Origin: Sphingobacteriia bacterium
Lineage (GTDB): Bacteria > Bacteroidota > Bacteroidia > Bacteroidales > TTA-H9
Reading direction: 5' to 3'
DNA length: 64,000 nucleotides
NCBI GenBank assembly: GCA_021286705.1
Contig: JAJTBW010000001.1
Span: 9,325 to 73,324 of the forward strand
Below, in pieces: positions 19,304-28,274 of this stretch. Below the pieces are notes generated by a model. That model was not told the origin of the DNA, ran no database searches, and saw only the letters and a list, made by a program, of their open reading frames with translations. How positions within the stretch are numbered: position 1 is the stretch's first letter; every line of letters starts with the position of its first letter. A program made the position numbers and the translations under genes.

Positions 19304-20238
19304 ACATATTAATGGTAGGACATAGTTCGTCCGGGAAAACAAGTTATATGGCGGGGTTGTACAGCATTTTTGGCGATGACAAAGATGGTATTGGTATTAC
19401 AACATATGACCAAGCAAAAAATAAAAGATTAAAAATGATCGCACATGATATTCGATTAGGGAAGTATCCTACGAGTACAGATATAGCATCGGAATATAAT
19501 TTTCATTTAACAATTAATGGAGATTCTATCATCCCTTTTAATTGGTATGATTACCGTGGTGGAGCATTATCTCAATCCTCGAAAAATTCGCCTGAAGTTG
19601 CGGCTCTTGTAAATAAGATTTGCGAAGCAAATGCCTTAATTGTTTTTCTGGATGGTGAGAAGATTGTTCAAAGTACAGACGATGAATTAGAAGAAGAATA
19701 TGAAATATTATTGTGGGCTATTCAGAAATCAATTGGATCAAAAAATAATAATAATTATTTCCCTATATCTTTTGTTATGACAAAAGGAGATCTCTATGAT
19801 GATTATTCTGTTTTATATGAATCTAATGGGCTTGACTATTTTATGCCATTAATCAAAAACATAAAAGATGGTAAAGCAGCAGCTGGTATGGTTACTGCAT
19901 GTGAAGTATCTTCAGGTGGTATTTATAATATTTTTCCTCCTCTTCTATTTTCTTTGTATTATGGAATGTCAGATTACATAAAAAAACGAATTAATTATTT
20001 GAATTCTGAAATAGAGTCTTACAATAAACTATGGCCAAATCTATTAGATGATATTTTTGGTGAATTGTCAGAAATATTTGGCAGTGGCAGTTATAAAACT
20101 GATCGACAGCAAGCGAGGGAGTCAATGGCAAAGATTCAGCAAGAAAAAAACAATTTGGAACTATTGGAGTCTTGTCAGAAAGGGATGAAAGAACAGATTG
20201 ATTCTTGGGTCGAAGAAAATGTTATTCTTGCTTTTTAA
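19300..20238 (+). CDS. Small P-loop GTPase A (TRAFAC-like) with C-terminal coiled coil
   Basis: Walker A is VGHSSSGKTSYM, the DxxG-like motif is WYDYRGG and the NKxD-like motif is MTKGD. There is a 4-nt ATGA overlap with the upstream gene. Confidence 0.65.
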   Translation: MNILMVGHSSSGKTSYMAGLYSIFGDDKDGIGITTYDQAKNKRLKMIAHDIRLGKYPTSTDIASEYNFHLTINGDSIIPFNWYDYRGGALSQSSKNSPEVAALVNKICEANALIVFLDGEKIVQSTDDELEEEYEILLWAIQKSIGSKNNNNYFPISFVMTKGDLYDDYSVLYESNGLDYFMPLIKNIKDGKAAAGMVTACEVSSGGIYNIFPPLLFSLYYGMSDYIKKRINYLNSEIESYNKLWPNLLDDIFGELSEIFGSGSYKTDRQQARESMAKIQQEKNNLELLESCQKGMKEQIDSWVEENVILAF

Positions 20239-20271
20239 AATATCAATAGTTAATATAAAAAAGACATTAAA

Positions 20272-21279
20272 ATGAGACAAATAAGTATAGTTGGATTAAG
20301 GGGCTCAGGTAAAACATGTTACATTTACGCAATGAGCAAAACAATGATGAGAGGTATTAACAGTATATCAATTAACCCTATTGATGACAATCTATACAAT
20401 CAACTAAGAGAAGGATGGAGAAAAATTAAAACTGAAAGAAAATGGCCTGAAAATAGTGATAGAGTGACAAAATGTGAGTTTACTTGCTTTGTTCAATTAA
20501 GACCAGTAATGGATTTTTGTTGGGATGATTATAAGGGAGGTTCTTTGACAGGATTGGATACAATAAGCGCGAAAGAGCGAGAGGAGTTTTATAATTCGTT
20601 ATCTATATCGGATGGAATTATATTCTGTGTTCCTGCCGACACAATAATTGAGGCATTGGAAGGTGATGATGATGCTCAGGATGATATCAACATGCTCAAT
20701 CGATTTATTCTTCAATATGCAAGTAAGAATTCATTAAAAGGAATACCTATTACTGTTGCAATAACTAAAAGTGATTTATTAGATAAAGAAGAGTTATCAA
20801 TAGCATTTCAAGTAGTGAAAAAAACTTTAAACAACTTATTTGCCAAAGGAACTAATGTTTCTGCATTACTCGTCCCAATTTCATTAGGCTCGAATTTGAA
20901 AGGCTTACCTGGAGGTGAAATTACTGGAACAATAAATATGGATCCTAAAGCTGGAAATATTCATTTACCTGTATTATTCAATCTTTATTTTATGTTATTG
21001 GAACAAATTGGCGAATTTAGTAATAATCTAAAATCTCTAAGATCACAGCTTTCAAATGTCAATAGCACTATTAATATGGGAACAAATATGAGCGCATTAA
21101 AAAGATGGTGGGAAGGCATTGATGTTGATTACTTACAAAAGAATAAAGCAGAAATAGAAAAATCTATTGAACAAAAAGAGACGGAACTTAAAGGAATCAG
21201 AACTGATCTTGAAAAAATCAAATCTGAATTTGGAAGTGAGTGTGAGTATTATGATAATGGAGACAATAAACAATTTTAA
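20272..21279 (+). CDS. Small P-loop GTPase B, paralogue of GTPase A
   Basis: Same motif series in the same order: VGLRGSGKTCYI, WDDYKGG, ITKSD, and the shared P-x-LF-x-LY segment. It ends in a C-terminal coiled coil. Confidence 0.65.
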   Translation: MRQISIVGLRGSGKTCYIYAMSKTMMRGINSISINPIDDNLYNQLREGWRKIKTERKWPENSDRVTKCEFTCFVQLRPVMDFCWDDYKGGSLTGLDTISAKEREEFYNSLSISDGIIFCVPADTIIEALEGDDDAQDDINMLNRFILQYASKNSLKGIPITVAITKSDLLDKEELSIAFQVVKKTLNNLFAKGTNVSALLVPISLGSNLKGLPGGEITGTINMDPKAGNIHLPVLFNLYFMLLEQIGEFSNNLKSLRSQLSNVNSTINMGTNMSALKRWWEGIDVDYLQKNKAEIEKSIEQKETELKGIRTDLEKIKSEFGSECEYYDNGDNKQF

Positions 21280-21282
21280 CAC

Positions 21283-22608
21283 ATGAAGTTATTTATTTAT
21301 ACGAGAACCTATAAAGACGATTATAGGCTTATTGCAAGTCCAAATGAGTCTTATTTACCCGAAAATATCTTATGGGCTTTTATAGCCTTTTCTAGAGATG
21401 TGATTAATATTGAAAATCCATTATATGGTGATTTCAAACTTGCGAGATGGTCAATTTATAAATATTATGATTACGTACTATTTGGGATTGGATGTAAAAA
21501 TATAGAATTAAGCGAACACTCTAATGACAAAGTTGGTAGACCTGTTAGAGGATTTTTTGGAGTTGTATTGAAGTTAACTGAGGAAACAAACATTCTTCCT
21601 TTTGATCTACAATATTTTAAAGACATTTATAGATGTTTCATTTCTCCACATTGGGAAGAACGAAATTTTATGCTCAACGATATTGATTGTTTATTAGATA
21701 TCTCTAGATATAATCATCTACCTCCTTCTAATATGCAGTTATTAAACAACATGGTTCTCAAAACAAAATTTTTTCAATACAATAACAAATTAGAGAATTA
21801 TTTAGCCTCATGTCTAAATTATAGCATATGCAATATCGTCACCGGCATTAATGTTGAAGAACACGCAATTGAAGCTGGTTTTATGAATGCATTATCATTT
21901 GATACAATAGAAGAGAAAATTGTTGATAATTCAAAAAAGAAAGAGCAATTAACGAGTCAGAATAAAGTTGTTGTAACTAAAGAAAAAAAGATTCAAAACA
22001 ATAATATCCTATCTGGTTCATCTAAACATTTGATGAAAAATATAATTGCACAAGCAATAGAGACATTGAATCCTTTCTCAAGTTCAAAATCACAACGTCA
22101 TTTTAAAAATCAAGAAATTGATTTAAATATTGAGGATTCTAATAGTAAAATATCAAGAGTTACAATAAATGATGAACCCATTTTAACAACAAAAGACACA
22201 GACGATGAAAATATTGAGCTTCTTCGCCAAGCCTATAAAGAAAACAAACTAAATAAAAATGCACAAGAAGGAGCATTCAATACAGATGCGACAATTGATA
22301 TCAGGAATGATATGTTATCGCTTAAAAATAATGTGGCTGAAAAACAAGAACAGATTAACATAGATAGTTTCGATATAGGATTAATGAGACAAAATATCAA
22401 TACAACAGATAATTTTTCCGATGAAAATACTTCTTTTGATGATCTCCAAGAGATAACACCTGGAAAACAAATTTCAGAAAAATATAGAGAAATATTGTCT
22501 GAGCTTAAATCTTCTATTTCATCAATTGATGACTACAGCATTTCTTCTGAAAAATATATAGAGATAGAAGGTCTGGTAAAAGAATTGATTACTAAAATCA
22601 AAAGTTAG
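21283..22608 (+). CDS. Hypothetical protein (441 aa): ~200-aa N-terminal globular part + N/K/S/D-rich low-complexity C-terminal half
   Basis: The ORF is tightly spaced within the operon, 3 nt after the upstream stop. I recognise no motif. Confidence 0.55.
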   Translation: MKLFIYTRTYKDDYRLIASPNESYLPENILWAFIAFSRDVINIENPLYGDFKLARWSIYKYYDYVLFGIGCKNIELSEHSNDKVGRPVRGFFGVVLKLTEETNILPFDLQYFKDIYRCFISPHWEERNFMLNDIDCLLDISRYNHLPPSNMQLLNNMVLKTKFFQYNNKLENYLASCLNYSICNIVTGINVEEHAIEAGFMNALSFDTIEEKIVDNSKKKEQLTSQNKVVVTKEKKIQNNNILSGSSKHLMKNIIAQAIETLNPFSSSKSQRHFKNQEIDLNIEDSNSKISRVTINDEPILTTKDTDDENIELLRQAYKENKLNKNAQEGAFNTDATIDIRNDMLSLKNNVAEKQEQINIDSFDIGLMRQNINTTDNFSDENTSFDDLQEITPGKQISEKYREILSELKSSISSIDDYSISSEKYIEIEGLVKELITKIKS

Positions 22609-22615
22609 TACAAAT

Positions 22616-24196
22616 ATGGATTATATCTTTTCCACTAAATCAGTATTATCCGAGTTCATTCAATTTATAAAAGAGTCTCCTTGGGTTAATGATTATTCAA
22701 TTCAACTACAACAACTTTTAAGTGGAATAGACGAGCCATGTCGGTTAGCCATTGCAGGAAGAGTAAAAGCCGGTAAAAGTTCTCTTGTAAATACTTTATT
22801 GGGAGGCGATTTTGCAAAAGTTGGTGTAACAGAAACAACAGCTACTATCAATATTTTCAAGTATGGCACCCCTCCTGATAGTGATTTTCCAATACAGTGT
22901 TGTTATGTCGATGGACATAACGAGTGGGTCTCGAAAATCTTTTTGGATTCTTTACAAGGCACTTCAGAAGATAGTTTGACGAAAGTTAGTGAAATCAAGC
23001 ACCTTGTTTATTTTATAAATGATGCCAGACTACAGGATATAATTTTGATTGATACTCCTGGGACGAATGCTGTAGTTGATGAACATCAAAATCAAACTGA
23101 GCTATATTTTGGATTGAGAAGAAGGCATAATTCTGAAACTATCGAACTTACAAACAGTGCCGATGCGGTTATCTATCTTCTTGGAGAAGTGGCTCATGAA
23201 TCAAATCAGGATTTTTTAAGCAATCTAAACGAAACGCTTGGGCAAAGAGCAAACATAAATACTTTAGGTATTATGTCGCAAATTGATCTATCAGACGATC
23301 GTTTGTACAACAAAAAGGAACGAACGATAGATCTGCAGCTCAGATTGTCAAACTATATATCCTCTGTTGTCCCAATCTCGGCTGGTTTAAAGTATTTTTT
23401 GCCAGACAGAAAGGAAGCGGAAAGAATGAAGTCCGTATTAATGCTGTTCAACTCAGAGGAAAACCTAATGAATTGCCTGGAGATGGAAACAATATATATG
23501 ATGCCAACTTTGCCCGGAATTCAGGTTTCATTGGAAGAAAGAAAATCCATTCGTCATTTAGCAGAAGGAATGCCATGGCGAGTATTTGTTGTAATCGCTC
23601 GTGAACTTTATAAACACGACGTTGACTCAGCATTGCGTATTTTAGAAGATTATTCTGGTATAGAGCGCTTAAGAAATGTACTAAACAAACAGTTTTTCGA
23701 AAGAAGTAAAATCCTGAGATGCAACAATGTGGTTGAGAAATTATGCGAAATTCTAAACAACATATTGAAATATGGTGGGTTGGAAAAACTTCGTGAAGAA
23801 GCAAGCATCAAGGATCGTTGTTTAAACGAATGTAGTAATCTGTCCACAGAAATCTCAGTTGTTTTAAAGAGCATGATAGAAAAGCATATGAAATCAGCTC
23901 AATATTTAAAAGACACAGAAACTGAGCTAATAAAAATTAAAGAACAGGTTTTAAAAATCAAACAGGAAACAGAGCGGATAAACAATGATTTCTATTGCCT
24001 CCAACTCCTTTGCGACAACAAAGGCATTTTTAAGTCTGAAGAACTCGAGGAGTTATCAGAGCTATTGTCATACAATACAAAAACGGTAAAATGCAATGAT
24101 CGGAGAGAGTATTGGCAAGATTTAAGTTATCGTTCTATTTCCGAGATTAAGCAAACCATTGCTGAAAGAGCTTATCAAAAATATGATGAACTTTAA
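22616..24196 (+). CDS. Dynamin-like GTPase 2
   Basis: G1 is AGRVKAGKSSLVNTLLG, G2 region is VGVTETT, G3 is IDTPGTNA and the G4-like motif is MSQID. A long helical C-terminal half follows. Confidence 0.75.
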   Translation: MDYIFSTKSVLSEFIQFIKESPWVNDYSIQLQQLLSGIDEPCRLAIAGRVKAGKSSLVNTLLGGDFAKVGVTETTATINIFKYGTPPDSDFPIQCCYVDGHNEWVSKIFLDSLQGTSEDSLTKVSEIKHLVYFINDARLQDIILIDTPGTNAVVDEHQNQTELYFGLRRRHNSETIELTNSADAVIYLLGEVAHESNQDFLSNLNETLGQRANINTLGIMSQIDLSDDRLYNKKERTIDLQLRLSNYISSVVPISAGLKYFLPDRKEAERMKSVLMLFNSEENLMNCLEMETIYMMPTLPGIQVSLEERKSIRHLAEGMPWRVFVVIARELYKHDVDSALRILEDYSGIERLRNVLNKQFFERSKILRCNNVVEKLCEILNNILKYGGLEKLREEASIKDRCLNECSNLSTEISVVLKSMIEKHMKSAQYLKDTETELIKIKEQVLKIKQETERINNDFYCLQLLCDNKGIFKSEELEELSELLSYNTKTVKCNDRREYWQDLSYRSISEIKQTIAERAYQKYDEL

Positions 24197-24201
24197 ATGT
24201 T

Positions 24202-24387
24202 TTGTATATGAAAAATATAATTGAACCTTTAATTGAGCGCATTCAAAACTTTCAATTTTCGGACACCTTCGAAATTGATGAGGAAGAATCTTATCAAACT
24301 AAAGAACAGGGAAAGGACGATGACTTATCAATTGACTGTCTAAATAATACGATTGATAACACTGCATCCCCAAATGATAAAGCTTAA
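24202..24387 (+). CDS. Small acidic protein (61 aa; ATG at 24208)
   Basis: It lies 5 nt after the upstream stop and is acidic (EIDEEESYQTKEQGKDDD). Coding status is uncertain. Confidence 0.35.
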   Translation: MYMKNIIEPLIERIQNFQFSDTFEIDEEESYQTKEQGKDDDLSIDCLNNTIDNTASPNDKA

Positions 24388-24511
24388 AATAATGAAATAA
24401 CGACACTTATTTCCTTATTCTTAATTGACCATGTCGTTTTAACAACACATTTCAACAGTATTTACAGTAAACTTACCCTGTGCTTTATACGAAAAATTTA
24501 AAATAATTACC

Positions 24512-24991
24512 ATGCTCGATTTAAACGATGAAATTTTTGAACATTCAGCAGATAGTGATTTAGATACTCTCTCAAACGCTTTTGAGGGCGATGAAATTCA
24601 CCATGATAATTTGTCCATTCTGTTGCATAATGATTTATCAAATCAAAATACACTCCCACTAAATGATGATTCATGTTCATTCTTTCATTGCGAAATTGAC
24701 GATCATCATACGATAGAAGAAAGTCATCTCTCCATACACCATGAATCTTCTGGATTATCAGAACATAAATCTGATCCAATATCTTTCAAAGGACAATACA
24801 ATGATTCAGAGATAAGACACCTTAAGGATGAAGTAAGTAAATATCAATACGAAGTTAGTAATTTGAGAAGTGAAGTCCATCATCAAGAAATAATGGAGGA
24901 TCCTTCAAAATTAAGCAAAGCAGTGTCTGATTTAAACTATGCTATCGATAAACTTAATTATGCACAAGAAAGACTTAATAATGCTACATAG
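24512..24991 (+). CDS. His/Asp/Glu-rich protein with C-terminal coiled coil (159 aa)
   Basis: The ATG ORF is separated from the operon by 124 nt. Composition (EIHHDN, EIDDHHTIEESHLSIHHE) resembles the tail of the anti-sigma/peptidase protein. Confidence 0.45.
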   Translation: MLDLNDEIFEHSADSDLDTLSNAFEGDEIHHDNLSILLHNDLSNQNTLPLNDDSCSFFHCEIDDHHTIEESHLSIHHESSGLSEHKSDPISFKGQYNDSEIRHLKDEVSKYQYEVSNLRSEVHHQEIMEDPSKLSKAVSDLNYAIDKLNYAQERLNNAT

Positions 24992-25024
24992 TCAATCAGT
25001 TAAGCGTACAAGCCCCAGTTTTCA

Positions 25025-25070
25025 AACTTCAATTATTCATAGAAATGATTGAAGTTGATTCCTTTTTAAA
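25025..25070 (+). terminator. Candidate rho-independent terminator closing the dynamin/Hsp70 operon
   Basis: AACTTCAAT (25025-25033) pairs with ATTGAAGTT (25048-25056), followed by GATTCCTTTTT. Confidence 0.4.
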
Positions 25071-25246
25071 CCCAGATTATGCAATGGCTTCTTATGTCGC
25101 GAGTTAAGTGACTAAGAGCCCATATCTTAGTGTTATAATCTAATCATCCAAAAAGTGAACGGAATAATACCATAGGAATATAGTGATAGGAAGACATCTC
25201 TTTGGGGTGGTATGAGCCTTATCAAAGAACTCTATGACGCGTTGGT

Positions 25247-25603
25247 ATGTTTGACAAACTTCGTAATCTACCTCTGCAAAACCCTGGCAGTGCTATAGGA
25301 GTTGAACATTATGAGATAATTGAAAGCTTTATAATGAGTGTTATACTTGGCGCAGGGAACTGCAATAACGCCTCACAGATCAGCTATGATGAAGTATTAA
25401 AAGAGATCTTCCAGTGGAAGAGAGGTATGCCGTCTCAAAGTACCCTGTCAAGGTTTTTCCCTAAGTACGACCATGATTCGAGTGATATGATTTTTTCTGA
25501 CTTGTTAAGTTGGTGGTTTAAGGAAATGGGGCAAAACAACTTGACCCTTGATATAGATTCAACAGTAATCACCCGTTATGGGAACCAAGAGGGGGCAGGT
25601 TGA
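25247..25603 (+). pseudogene. Truncated DDE transposase N-terminal fragment (IS1380/IS4-like)
   Basis: Only 118 aa, ending ...LTLDIDSTVITRYGNQEGAG then a stop. The DIDST..G.QEG segment is the first catalytic-Asp region of such transposases, and the rest of the enzyme is absent. Confidence 0.55.
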
Positions 25604-25828
25604 TAGTCGTGCCGTCAAAAGTTCTCTTTGGAAGATACCTGACAAGTGGACTGAAAGCATATTCCCCTTCGTTCATAGCAACCAATTTGATATTGGATGC
25701 TAGTTACAAATTCAAATCAGCACGTTGGTAAAATAGATACTTTTTGCTAATTATGAGAATATTACAGCTGTATATTGAAATTTTTAGTGGACACTAGTGG
25801 CCCCAAATATCACTTTGAACTTGACCTT

Positions 25829-26084
25829 AGACAGAATTAAATCCATAGTTTTGCAATTGCCTCTCGTTGTTAAACTTTGTATGAAAGCCTTTGAAAGCTT
25901 CTCAAAGCTGACCGTTTGGACCTTACAGAGGGCAATTACAACCATAGACATCAACTTTAATCTGGAACGATTGATTTTTCCTTTAAAATGAGTGTCTAAT
26001 ATTGGGAATAAATCAGTAATTTCTAATTTTTTCTTATCTTAATTTACTGATTTTCATTAGATTAATTTTTTGTCATGTACTAAG
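25829..26084 (+). repeat. IS-debris-like repeat, copy A (left part matches 30205-30258; right part 25945-26084 matches 28138-28274)
   Basis: Aligned by eye. The right part ends in TTTTTGTCATGTACTAAG in both A and B, and copy A ends 13 nt before the ImmA/IrrE start codon. Confidence 0.7.
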
Positions 26085-26097
26085 GTAAATTTGAAAC

Positions 26098-27228
26098 ATG
26101 AGAAATGAAGTAAATGTAAATAACGACATGCTAACCTGGGCTATTGCCCGGGCTGGCTATGATGTGCCTGCATTTGCCGAAAAGTTTCCGAAAATATTAG
26201 ATTGGCTCAAAGGGCAAAAGAAGCCTACCGTAAAGCAACTTGAAGATTTTTCTAAAAAAGTTTATCTCCCTTTTGGCTATCTTTTTTTGCCACAGCCACC
26301 GCAAGAAAGAGTTCCTATTCCTTTTTTCCGCACAAACGGAAATCAGGCAGACAGAATCAGCATAAATTTGTATGATACAATTTTGCTACTGCAACAAAGG
26401 CAGGATTGGCTGAAAAATTATTTACAAGATAATGATTTTCAGCGTTTACCTTATGTTGGTAAATTTCGAAATAGCAATGATGTAAATGCCATTGTAGCAG
26501 ATATTCGCCTAACATTACAATTACCTGAAAATTGGGCAAGTCAATTCAGAACATGGCAGGAAGCTCAAGACCATTTGGTTTTGCATATTGAAGACAAAGG
26601 AATTATTACCATATTTAACGGAATAGTCGAAAACAATACACACAGACCTATTCTAGTTGACGAGTGCAGAGGTTTTGTTTTAGTGGACGAGTATGCTCCG
26701 TTCATGTTCGTGAACAATAGCGATTTTAAATCTGCACAGATGTTTACCATTGTCCATGAGTTGGCTCATATATGGACTGGTCACAGTGCAGGTTTCGATT
26801 TCCGCAGATTGCAACCTGCTAATGACCCAATAGAAATTCTTTGCGACAAGGTGGCTGCTGAATTTTTAGTTCCTGAGCAGGAATTTAATGAAGTGTGGAA
26901 TCACAGTCCCAATAATTTCACTTATGCTTCTCGATATTTTAAAGTAAGTGAAATTGTAATTGCCCGTAGAGCATTAGACACGGGAATAATCACTAGACCA
27001 CAGTTTTTTGATTTTTATGAGGAATATTCTAACCGTGAATTTGCAAAAAAAGAAAGACAAGGCTCTGGAGGTGATTTTTACGCAACAACGAAAAAGCGAA
27101 TCAGTATCACATTTGCCAGTCATGTAAATCAGGCAGTAAAATCTGGCAATTTATTATTTCGTGATGCCTATAAACTTACGGGCTTAAAAGGCGACACGTT
27201 TGAATATTTCTTCTCTAAACACCTATAG
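26098..27228 (+). CDS. ImmA/IrrE-family (DUF955) zinc metallopeptidase with N-terminal HTH-like region
   Basis: It has an HExxH motif in FTIVHELAHIW and is 376 aa long. It is followed immediately by a DUF4411-like gene, a known gene pairing. Confidence 0.7.
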   Translation: MRNEVNVNNDMLTWAIARAGYDVPAFAEKFPKILDWLKGQKKPTVKQLEDFSKKVYLPFGYLFLPQPPQERVPIPFFRTNGNQADRISINLYDTILLLQQRQDWLKNYLQDNDFQRLPYVGKFRNSNDVNAIVADIRLTLQLPENWASQFRTWQEAQDHLVLHIEDKGIITIFNGIVENNTHRPILVDECRGFVLVDEYAPFMFVNNSDFKSAQMFTIVHELAHIWTGHSAGFDFRRLQPANDPIEILCDKVAAEFLVPEQEFNEVWNHSPNNFTYASRYFKVSEIVIARRALDTGIITRPQFFDFYEEYSNREFAKKERQGSGGDFYATTKKRISITFASHVNQAVKSGNLLFRDAYKLTGLKGDTFEYFFSKHL

Positions 27229-27233
27229 CTCGA

Positions 27234-27734
27234 ATGCCAGTATATGTCTTAGATAGCAACTTTTTTATTCAGGCTCATCGGTTTCATTATCCGATAGACG
27301 TTGCTGCGTGATTTTGGAATAAGCTTCGGCAACTAGCAGAAGCAGGCTGGATTATCAGCATTGATAAGGTTCAGAAAGAGCTATACGACAAAAACGATGC
27401 ATTAGAAGAGTGGTGCAGAAACAATTTGCCTGAAGCCTTTTTCAAAGACACATCCGTTGTAATGGCAGCGTATGGACAAGTTATAGCTTGGGCAATGTCA
27501 AGAGGCGGCCATTATTTGCCGAATGCTTTGAACGAGTTTTTAGATGCTGACGAAGCAGATGCATTTTTAGTAGCCTATTGCCTTGCAGACCCGGTAGACA
27601 ATTTTATAGTAACTCATGAAGTTAGCGAGCCTAACCGACAGAATAAGGTTAAAATTCCTGATGCTTGTGTTGCTTTAAATGTTTCGTATATGAATACCAT
27701 TGGAATGTTCAGACAATTAAGAGAAACATTTTAG
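27234..27734 (+). pseudogene. DUF4411 (PIN-like) protein gene interrupted by an in-frame TGA at 27309-27311
   Basis: A single frame reads MPVYVLDSNFFIQAHRFHYPIDVAA-stop-FWNKLRQLAEAGWIISIDKV...DADEADAFLVAYCLA...KIPDACVALNVSYMNTIGMFRQLRETF. Both sides of the stop look like DUF4411. Confidence 0.6.
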
Positions 27735-28137
27735 CCCATGCAGCAGTCACACACATACCGCATTCTCACAAGCTAACACACTGACTAAAGGTGCGGTAAG
27801 AGTGTGCCTACCCCAACCCAAGAAGAATTTCAAAATTTTTTCTCCCCTGCTTTCTAAGTACATAACCAAAATTCAAAGATTTTGATACGAGATTGATTCT
27901 TGAAGTTTATCAAGACACCAGCCACATATGAGAGTCCATATTTGAATATACTCTGTGCTTTCCTGCCATGTGTTTTAATAGAGATCGGACGAACATTTTC
28001 ATGAAGAAAAATTCCAATTTTATAACACCATATAAATGCTATTGTCACCAGAAGTATATGTCTCTCTAATTTTATATATATCTGTCAAGGGTGTTTCCTC
28101 AATATTAAAAGTTATTTTTAATTCGAACATAGTATTA

Positions 28138-28274
28138 TAGACATCAATTGTAATATAGAGCGCTTGACTTTTCCTTTGAAATGTGTGTCAAATAATGGGA
28201 ACAAAATGTAATTTCCAATTTTTCTTACCTTAATTTACAGTTTTCAGTAAATTTTATTTTTGTCATGTACTAAG
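28138..28274 (+). repeat. IS-debris-like repeat, copy B
   Basis: ~75% identical by eye to 25945-26084 and shares the terminal TTTTTGTCATGTACTAAG. Confidence 0.7.

Noticed and set aside
14580-24779. Minus-strand ORFs inside the sigma/dynamin operon (14580-14825, 15557-15796, 15890-16096, 16778-16963, 23448-23804, 23650-23874, 24507-24779).
   Set aside because: All are antisense to longer motif-bearing + strand genes in AT-rich DNA. In such DNA, stop-free antisense stretches do occur by chance.
25797-28048. ORFs at 25797-25991 (+) and 27854-28048 (-) as genes.
   Set aside because: Both lie within the repeated IS-debris segments. Their similarity (IDINFNLERLIFPLK versus IDINCNIERLTFPLK) is explained by DNA-level repeat conservation, and neither has a recognisable domain.
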